This document shows, piece after piece, positions 57,370 through 64,000 of a stretch of DNA of 64,000 nucleotides. Below the pieces are notes generated by a model. The model worked only from the letters and a program-made list of their open reading frames with translations, did not search any database and was not told where the DNA came from. The stretch lies in the NCBI RefSeq assembly GCF_000006765.1, contig NC_002516.2; one strand, written 5' to 3'. The stretch comes from Pseudomonas aeruginosa PAO1 (GTDB lineage: Bacteria; Pseudomonadota; Gammaproteobacteria; Pseudomonadales; Pseudomonadaceae). Made by a program: the position numbers and the translations under genes. Positions within the stretch are counted from its first letter, which is position 1; every line of letters starts with the position of its first letter.

Positions 57370-58368
57370 TCAGGCGGCGACCACCCTCACCCACCAGCGG
57401 GTATGTCGCTGCAGGCGCACCGGCAGGGTCCGCGCGAGCACCTGCAGCAGCTTGTCGGTGTCGTCCAGGCGATAGACCCCGGACAGGCGCAGGTCGGCGA
57501 CCTCCGCGGCGCAGCCGAGGTAGCCGTTGCGGTAGCGGGCGACCTCGGCGAGGAAATCGGCCAGGCGCATGTCGCGGGTGACGATGAGGCCATCGGCCCA
57601 GGCCACGGCGTCCATCTGCGGCCGTTCGAGGCGCCGCACGCCGTCGGCGGCGATCCGATAGCTCTGCCCCGCCTCGGCCACCGGAGCCTGCAGCGGACGC
57701 GCGCCGAAGGCATCGATGCGCACCGAACCCTCGCTGACGCTGAGACAGGTGGCGGCATCTTGCAGGCGTACGTTGAAACGGGTGCCGAGGGCCTCGAACA
57801 GCCCTTGCGCGGTACGTACCCGCAGCGGCCTGTGCGTGGGCGATTGCGTATCGGCGCCGCTGGCGAGGAAGATCTCGCCGCGGGCGAGGAGGATCAGGCG
57901 CTGGCCGGCGTCGTAGCGCACGTCGACCGCGCTGTCGGTGTTCAGTTGCAGGCGGGTGCCGTCGACCAGCTCGATACTGCGCCGCTCGCCGGTGGCGGTG
58001 CTGTAGTCGGCGCTCAGGCGCTGCCAGGGCAGGCTATCGCGACCGACCCAGGCCACGGCGCCGCCGGCCACCAGCAGCGACAGCAGTTTCAGCGCCTGGC
58101 GCCGCTGCAGGCGCTGCGCGCTACTGTCCAGGGTGCCGTAGGCGACCCCGCCGGGCAGCGCCTTGAAGCGTCCTTGCAGTTCTTCGTTGAGCGCGCTGAC
58201 CTGCTGCCAGGCCCGCTCGTGCTCGCCGTGCTCCGCGCGCCAGGCCGCGCAGGCGCGCTGCAGGCGATCGTCGGCCGGCTGCGAGCGCAGGCGGACCAGC
58301 CAGTGGATGGCCTGCCTGACCACCGCTTCGTCGACCCTACCGCGCGTCCCGTCCACGGCTCCGCTCAT
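57370..58368 (-). CDS. foxR: FecR-family anti-sigma factor FoxR
   Basis: AIHWLVRL, DYSTATGERRSIELVDGT, AWADG. Confidence 0.92.
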   Translation of the reverse strand: MSGAVDGTRGRVDEAVVRQAIHWLVRLRSQPADDRLQRACAAWRAEHGEHERAWQQVSALNEELQGRFKALPGGVAYGTLDSSAQRLQRRQALKLLSLLVAGGAVAWVGRDSLPWQRLSADYSTATGERRSIELVDGTRLQLNTDSAVDVRYDAGQRLILLARGEIFLASGADTQSPTHRPLRVRTAQGLFEALGTRFNVRLQDAATCLSVSEGSVRIDAFGARPLQAPVAEAGQSYRIAADGVRRLERPQMDAVAWADGLIVTRDMRLADFLAEVARYRNGYLGCAAEVADLRLSGVYRLDDTDKLLQVLARTLPVRLQRHTRWWVRVVAA

Positions 58369-58883
58369 TCGCCGTAGCGCAGCAGGTAGCAGTGGTACAG
58401 CGCCTCGGCCACGTAGCGCTCGACGCTACGCTGGGAAACCCCCATGCGTTCGGCGATCTGCCGGTGGCTGAGGTCTTCGCACTGGGCCAGGAGGAAGGCG
58501 GTGCGGACCTTCGGCTTGAGCCCGTCGAGCATCCGCGAGATTTCCTCCAGCAGTTCCAGCACCAGTTCCCGCGCCTCGGGCGACGGCGCCTGTGCCTCGG
58601 GCAGGTGGGCGATGCTTTCGAGGTAGGCGCGCTGCAGTTCCTCGCGACGCCAGTGGTCGATCACCAGGCCGCGGGCGATGGTCCGCAGGAACGCGCGCGG
58701 CATGCCGATCTCGCGCAGTTCGCGCTTGAGCAGGATGCGCAGGAAGGTGTCCTGGGCCAGGTCCGCCGCGTCCGCCGCGCAGCCCAGCTTGCCGCGCAGC
58801 CAGTTCTGCAACCAGCCATGGTGCTCGCTGTACAGCGCATGCATGGCGCGATGGTGGGCGCTGAGAAGGATCGGGGCGGACAT
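58365..58883 (-). CDS. foxI: FecI-family ECF sigma factor FoxI (172 aa)
   Basis: AADLAQDTFLRI, region 4 SHRQIAERMGVSQRSVERY. Confidence 0.92.
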   Translation of the reverse strand: MSAPILLSAHHRAMHALYSEHHGWLQNWLRGKLGCAADAADLAQDTFLRILLKRELREIGMPRAFLRTIARGLVIDHWRREELQRAYLESIAHLPEAQAPSPEARELVLELLEEISRMLDGLKPKVRTAFLLAQCEDLSHRQIAERMGVSQRSVERYVAEALYHCYLLRYGE

Positions 58884-58908
58884 GGGAAAGTCGGGGCGAC
58901 ACATGAAT

Positions 58909-58927
58909 GATAATGAATCGCATTGTC
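58909..58927. promoter_or_regulatory. Fur box upstream of foxI
   Basis: GATAATGAATCGCATTGTC, 14/19 match to the consensus. Confidence 0.7.
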
Positions 58928-58971
58928 GAGAAGCCGCGGCCTTTTTGCAATAGCACCCGCCGGCCGGCGCC

Positions 58972-59886
58972 CTACTCGGCCGCCGCGCCTTCGCGCAGGC
59001 AGGCCAGCAGGTCTTCGCTGGCACGGTCGCGGTGCGGTTCGTCGCGCCAGCACATGCCCACCGCGCCCTCGCCGGGAATCTCCAGCGCCAGCCTGGCCAC
59101 CAGGCCGAGCCCGGCAAGGTGCTCGACCACCCGCGCCGAGCCGATGGACAGCATGTCGCTGCCACGCAACAATTCGATGTTGGCCAGCATCGACGATGAC
59201 TCCAGGCGGTAGGCCGGCGGCTGCCGGCCGCCCTGGGTCAGGGCCATGTCGAGCTTGCTGCGGATCGGCGAGCCGGGCGGCCAGACGATCCAGTCGTAGC
59301 GCCGCACGTCTTCCCAGTCCAGCGCGGCGGCCTGGGCCAGGGGGTGACCGGGGCGCGCCATCACCACGATCGCCTCGCTGTAGAGCACCTCGCAGCGCAG
59401 GCTGGCGCGCGGCGCATAGTTGTCCAGGCGCCCCACCACCACATCGAGCTGGCGTTTCTCCAGCCGCTCGAGAAGGCCGTTCATGGTGCCTTCGAGCAGT
59501 TCCACCTGGGCCCCGGGGTAGCGTCCGAGGAACGCCCGCAATGCGCGCGGCACCAGGCTCGGCGCGGAGGCCGGCGACGTGCCGAGGAGCACCCGGCTGC
59601 CGCTGCCGCTGCGCATCGCCTCGAGGTTCTGCCGCGCCCGCTCCATCTCGGTGAGCACGCGCTGGGCGTGGTTGAACAGGGTCATGCCATAGGGCGTCGG
59701 GCGCAGGCCACGGGCGTGACGCTCGAACAGCGGCGCGCCGACGTCCTCCTCCAGTTCCTTGAGCCACTTCGACAGGCCCGGTTGGGTGGTGTGTGCGGCC
59801 CGGGCGGTGCCGCTGAGGTTGCCGGTCTCCATCAGGCTGACCAGCAGTTGCAGGTGTTGCAGGCGCAGGCGGCGGGTCCAGTCCAT
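58972..59886 (-). CDS. LysR-family regulator of the gentisate cluster (304 aa)
   Basis: LRLQHLQLL...TTQPGLSKWLKELE; divergent from gtdA. Confidence 0.92.
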   Translation of the reverse strand: MDWTRRLRLQHLQLLVSLMETGNLSGTARAAHTTQPGLSKWLKELEEDVGAPLFERHARGLRPTPYGMTLFNHAQRVLTEMERARQNLEAMRSGSGSRVLLGTSPASAPSLVPRALRAFLGRYPGAQVELLEGTMNGLLERLEKRQLDVVVGRLDNYAPRASLRCEVLYSEAIVVMARPGHPLAQAAALDWEDVRRYDWIVWPPGSPIRSKLDMALTQGGRQPPAYRLESSSMLANIELLRGSDMLSIGSARVVEHLAGLGLVARLALEIPGEGAVGMCWRDEPHRDRASEDLLACLREGAAAE

Positions 59887-60010
59887 CGCAAGCCATCCTC
59901 GAATACGTATAGGTCGATGTCTAAATATCATTATTCGGTTATGCCTTCACCTCGAATAATGACTACCAGACCGAGGCGGCCCCGCCTCCTCCCGCCGGAG
60001 ATTCATCGGT

Positions 60011-61072
60011 ATGCATAACGACAATTCCACCGAGAAGCGCGCCGACTTCTATCGACGCATCCGCCAGCAGCACCTCACCCCGCTCTGGGAAGCCCTGCAC
60101 AGCCTGGTCCCGGCGCAACCCGCCGGCGGCTGCCAGGCGGCGCTGTGGCGCTATCGCGAACTGCGCCCGTTCCTGCTCGAGGCAGGCGACCTGATCAGCG
60201 CCGAGGAAGCGGTGCGCCGCGTGCTGGTGCTGGAGAACCCGGACCTTCCCGGCCAGTCGTCGATCACCCCGAGCCTCTACGCCGGCCTGCAACTGATCCT
60301 GCCGGGCGAGATCGCCCCCAGCCACCGGCACACCCAGTCGGCCCTGCGCTTCGTCGTCGAGGGCTACGGCGCCTACACCTCGGTGGACGGCGAACGCACC
60401 CGCATGGAGCCGGGCGACTTCATCATCACCCCGTCCTGGACCTGGCACGACCACGGCAACCGCGCCGCCGCGGAAGGCGGCGAGCCGGTGGTCTGGCTGG
60501 ACGGCCTGGACATCCCGATGCTGCGTTTCTTCGGCGCCACCTTCGCCGAAAACCATGATGAACCGGTACAGCCGTTGCGACGTGGCGAAGGCGACAGCCT
60601 CGCCCGCTACGGCAGCAACATGCTGCCGCTGCGCCATCAGCCGACGACGCCGACCTCGCCGCTGTTCAGCTACCCCTACGCGCGCAGCCGCGAGGCCCTC
60701 GAGCGCCTGGCGCGCCTCGAACGGCCCGATCCCTGGGAAGGCCACAAGCTGCGCTACGTCAACCCGGCCACCGGCGGCTGGGCCATGCCGACCATCGCCA
60801 CCTGCCTGCAACTGCTGCCGGCCGGCTTCCTCGGGCAGCCCGCGCGCAGCACCGACGCCAGCGTCTATTCGGTGGTGGAAGGCAGCGGCGTGGCGCAGAT
60901 CGGCGGCCGGCGCTTCGCCTTCGAGGCCAAGGATCTGTTCGTCGTGCCCTCCTGGGCCGAGCTGCGCCTGGAAGCCGGCGCCACCGACTGCGTGCTGTTC
61001 AGTTTCTCCGACCGCCCTGTGCAGCAGGCGCTCGGCATCCTCCGCGAATCCCGCGAAACCCTCGCCCACTGA
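60011..61072 (+). CDS. gtdA: Gentisate 1,2-dioxygenase
   Basis: Bicupin [11 protein letters not shown] and WTWHDH motifs. Confidence 0.93.
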   Translation: MHNDNSTEKRADFYRRIRQQHLTPLWEALHSLVPAQPAGGCQAALWRYRELRPFLLEAGDLISAEEAVRRVLVLENPDLPGQSSITPSLYAGLQLILPGEIAPSHRHTQSALRFVVEGYGAYTSVDGERTRMEPGDFIITPSWTWHDHGNRAAAEGGEPVVWLDGLDIPMLRFFGATFAENHDEPVQPLRRGEGDSLARYGSNMLPLRHQPTTPTSPLFSYPYARSREALERLARLERPDPWEGHKLRYVNPATGGWAMPTIATCLQLLPAGFLGQPARSTDASVYSVVEGSGVAQIGGRRFAFEAKDLFVVPSWAELRLEAGATDCVLFSFSDRPVQQALGILRESRETLAH

Positions 61073-61084
61073 AGGACCCGTCCC

Positions 61085-61783
61085 ATGAACCATCTCTTCG
61101 CGCCCGAAGCACCCGTCAGCCTCACCATCCATGGCAGCGACCAGACCTTCCCGGTGCGGCGGGTCTACTGCGTCGGCCGCAACTACGCCGCCCACGCCCG
61201 GGAAATGGGCTTCGATCCCGAGCGCGAGCCGCCGTTCTTCTTCTGCAAGCCGGCCGACGCGGTGGTCCCGGTCGCCGCCGGCAGCACCCTGGAGCTGGCC
61301 TACCCGAGCCAGACCGGCAACTACCACTACGAGATCGAACTGGTGGCGGCGATCGGCAAGGGCGGCTGCGACATCCCCCTGGAGCAGGCCGAGGAACACG
61401 TCTGGGGCTACGCGGTGGGCCTGGACATGACCCGCCGCGACCTGCAGATGCGCATGCGCGAGATGGGCCGGCCCTGGGAGATCGGCAAGGCCTTCGACCG
61501 CTCGGCGCCGATCGGCCCGCTCTACCCTGCCAGCCAGGTCGGCCATCCGCGCCACGCCGCCATCAGCCTCCAGGTCGACGGCGAGGATCGCCAGCGCAGC
61601 GACATCGACCAGTTGATCTGGTCGGTGGCGGAAACCGTCAGCTACCTGTCGCGCTTCTTCGAGCTGCGCCCCGGCGACCTGGTCTTCACCGGCACCCCGG
61701 AAGGCGTCGGCGCGGTCGAGCGCGGCGAGCGGATGCTCGGCGCCATCGACGGCCTCGGCGAACTCAGCGTCCGCGTGGTCTGA
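61085..61783 (+). CDS. FAA-hydrolase family protein, probable fumarylpyruvate hydrolase
   Basis: YCVGRNYAAH, HYEIEL, GKAFD, TGTPEGVG. Confidence 0.9.
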   Translation: MNHLFAPEAPVSLTIHGSDQTFPVRRVYCVGRNYAAHAREMGFDPEREPPFFFCKPADAVVPVAAGSTLELAYPSQTGNYHYEIELVAAIGKGGCDIPLEQAEEHVWGYAVGLDMTRRDLQMRMREMGRPWEIGKAFDRSAPIGPLYPASQVGHPRHAAISLQVDGEDRQRSDIDQLIWSVAETVSYLSRFFELRPGDLVFTGTPEGVGAVERGERMLGAIDGLGELSVRVV

Positions 61784-61860
61784 CCCACCGCCCGCGCACG
61801 GCGCGGGCCCACCCTGCCCTTCATCCGGGCTGTCGCCACGGCGACGGCCGAGGAACGCTC

Positions 61861-63207
61861 ATGCCTACGCCCGACAAGAACAACAAGATCGACGTCCAGG
61901 CCTTCATCGATGCGCAGGCGGTTTCCGCCTTCCAGTTGCGAGTCCTGTCGCTGTGCTTCCTGATCGTCGCCATGGACGGATTCGACACCGCCGCCATCGG
62001 CTTCATCGCCCCGGCCCTGGCCCACGACTGGCAACTGAGCCCGGCGCAACTCAGCCCGATCCTCGGCGCCGCACTGGCCGGCCTGGCCCTCGGCGCCTTC
62101 GCCGCCGGCCCGCTGGCCGACCGTTTCGGACGCAAGAGCGTGCTCCTGCTCTCGGTGCTGTTCTTCGGCGGCTGGAGCCTCGCCTCGGCCTACGCCGGTT
62201 CGGTGGAAACCCTGGCCCTGCTGCGCTTTTTCACCGGCCTCGGCCTGGGCGGGGCGATGCCCAACGCGATCACCCTGACCTCCGAATACTGCCCGCGCCG
62301 GCACCGCGCGCTGATGGTTACCGCGATGTTCTGCGGCTTCACCCTCGGCTCGGCGCTGGGCGGCCTGCTCGCCGCGCGGATGGTCCCGGCGCTGGGCTGG
62401 GAAAGCGTGCTGCTGCTCGGCGGCGGCCTGCCCCTGGCGAGCCTGCCGCTGCTCTGGGCATGCCTGCCGGAGTCGGTGCGCTTCCTCGCCCGCCGCGCAC
62501 CGGACGCGGCGCGCCTGCGGCGCATCCTCGAACGCCTGGGGCGCCTGCCCGACGGCTGGGCCGGACGCCTCGAACTGCCCGCCGACGAGTCCGACGGCAC
62601 CTCGCCCCTGCGGCAGATCCTCGGCGCCGAGCTGCGCGGCGGCACCCTGCTGCTCTGGGCCACCTTTTTCATGGGCCTGCTGATCATCTACCTGCTGACC
62701 AACTGGCTGCCGACGCTGATCGGCGGCACCGGCTTCAGTCTCGGCGAGGCGGCGACGATCAGCGCCATGTTCCAGCTCGGCGGCACCCTCGGCGCACTCC
62801 TCCTGGGCAGCGCCATGGATCGCTTCGACGCGCACCGGGTGCTGAGCCTGGCCTACGTCGGCGGCGCCCTGTTCATCCTCGGCATCGCCAGCCTCTACCA
62901 CAGCTTCGCCCTGCTGGCGCTGTGCGTCGCCGGCGTCGGTTTCTGCATCAGCGGCTCGCAGGTCGGCGCCAACGCCCTGGCCGCCGATTTCTATCCGACC
63001 CGCAGCCGCGCCACCGGGGTCAGCTGGGCCCTCGGCCTGGGCCGCATCGGCTCGATCGTCGGCTCCCTTAGCGGCGGCGCCCTGCTCGGCCTGGGCCTGG
63101 GCTTCAGCGGCATCCTCGCCCTGCTGGTGATCCCGGCGCTGCTCGCCGCCGTGGCCGTGCATCGCCTGGGCCGGCGCCGGGCCAGGCCTTCTCCCACCAC
63201 TCTCTGA
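61861..63207 (+). CDS. MFS aromatic acid:H+ symporter
   Basis: DGFD, LADRFGRK, 12-TM pattern. Confidence 0.92.
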   Translation: MPTPDKNNKIDVQAFIDAQAVSAFQLRVLSLCFLIVAMDGFDTAAIGFIAPALAHDWQLSPAQLSPILGAALAGLALGAFAAGPLADRFGRKSVLLLSVLFFGGWSLASAYAGSVETLALLRFFTGLGLGGAMPNAITLTSEYCPRRHRALMVTAMFCGFTLGSALGGLLAARMVPALGWESVLLLGGGLPLASLPLLWACLPESVRFLARRAPDAARLRRILERLGRLPDGWAGRLELPADESDGTSPLRQILGAELRGGTLLLWATFFMGLLIIYLLTNWLPTLIGGTGFSLGEAATISAMFQLGGTLGALLLGSAMDRFDAHRVLSLAYVGGALFILGIASLYHSFALLALCVAGVGFCISGSQVGANALAADFYPTRSRATGVSWALGLGRIGSIVGSLSGGALLGLGLGFSGILALLVIPALLAAVAVHRLGRRRARPSPTTL

Positions 63208-63219
63208 ACAGGACTTTCC

Positions 63220-63864
63220 ATGCAGCTCTACAGCTTCTTCAACAGCTCCACGTCCTATCGGGTGCGTATCGCATTGGCCCTGAAAGGCCTGGATTACCAG
63301 GTAGTGCCGGTCAACCTGCGGCAGGGCGAGCAACTGCGCCCGGCCGACCGCCAGCGCAACCCGATGGGCGCGCTGCCGACCCTGGTCGACGCCGACGGTC
63401 GCCGGTTCAGCCAGTCGCTGGCGATCATCGACTACCTCGACGCCGTGCAGCCCGAACCGCGCCTGATCCCTCTCGACCCACTGCATCGCGCCCAGGCGCT
63501 GGAACTGGCCCTGCTGGTGGCCTGCGACATCCATCCGCTGAACAACGTGCGGGTGCTCAAGTACCTGACCCAGGTCCTCGGCATAGACGCCGAGGACCGC
63601 CAGCGCTGGTACGCGCACTGGGTCGCCGAGGGCCTGGCGGCGGCGGAGACCCTGCTGAACCGACACCGTCGCGGCGCCTTCTTCGCCGGCGCCGCAGCGG
63701 GCATCGTCGAGTGCTGCCTGGTACCGCAACTGGCCAACGCCCGGCGCATGGGCTGTGACCTGGCGCCCTACCCGGCGTTGCTCGAACTGGAGGGGCGCTG
63801 CCTGGCGCTCGAAGCCTTCCAGCGCGCCAGCCCCGAGCGCCAGCCCGACTACCTGCCGGACTGA
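63220..63864 (+). CDS. maiA: GST-zeta maleylpyruvate/maleylacetoacetate isomerase
   Basis: SSTSYRVRIAL, NPMGALPTL, SQSLAII. Confidence 0.88.
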   Translation: MQLYSFFNSSTSYRVRIALALKGLDYQVVPVNLRQGEQLRPADRQRNPMGALPTLVDADGRRFSQSLAIIDYLDAVQPEPRLIPLDPLHRAQALELALLVACDIHPLNNVRVLKYLTQVLGIDAEDRQRWYAHWVAEGLAAAETLLNRHRRGAFFAGAAAGIVECCLVPQLANARRMGCDLAPYPALLELEGRCLALEAFQRASPERQPDYLPD

Positions 63865-63905
63865 CGCGCTGCCCCGTGGAAAACAACAACAAGAAGGACA
63901 CGCCC

Positions 63906-64000
63906 ATGACCACCCGCATCCGGGCCAGCCTGCTGGCCCTGCCCCTGCTGCTGCCCTCGTTCCAGGCTATCGCCGCGCTGCCGGGGATGAACCTCGGCCA
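63906..64000 (+). CDS. Start of an exported protein, truncated by the window end
   Basis: RBS AAGGA; MTTRIRASLLALPLLLPSFQAIAALPGMNLG. Confidence 0.65.
   Translation, partial: MTTRIRASLLALPLLLPSFQAIAALPGMNLG

Noticed and set aside
54764-57394. Extended N-termini in the ORF track (foxA 876 aa, foxI 266 aa, glyA2 442 aa, sdaA 475 aa, amidohydrolase 613 aa)
   Set aside because: Downstream ATGs fit RBS position, signal peptides or family lengths better.
58972-63864. Gentisate cluster as a novel pathway
   Set aside because: It has the standard LysR, dioxygenase, hydrolase, transporter and GSH-isomerase content; the upstream hydroxylase may simply lie outside the window.

Overview
High-GC Pseudomonas aeruginosa chromosomal DNA. 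Gene order and protein sizes fit my recollection of PAO1 PA2431-PA2474 (not checked by search). In order: start of a FUSC-family gene, LysR bexR, and a six-gene minus-strand cluster with three SPFH (HflK/HflC-like) genes plus a His-rich P1B-type ATPase. Next come a degenerate polysaccharide deacetylase with a Myb-like repeat gene, the sigma54/GcsR glycine-cleavage operon (gcvH2-gcvP2-glyA2-sdaA-gcvT2), a LysR/amidohydrolase pair, gcsR and a frameshifted Fes-like esterase. A polymorphic-toxin region (about 28.1-52.7 kb) follows: a decayed two-gene Rhs, an orphan toxin/immunity array, cdiI, a 5627-aa cdiA with an EndoU-type toxin, and cdiB. The window ends with the ferrioxamine fox genes and a gentisate catabolic cluster. 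The strongest unexplained signal is three copies of a 199-224 bp element with 26-bp terminal inverted repeats, carrying the decayed 5' end of a Y1/RAYT-like HUH transposase. Five of their six ends abut a truncated toxin or Rhs sequence, while the candidate immunity genes remain intact. No rRNA, tRNA or CRISPR array was seen.
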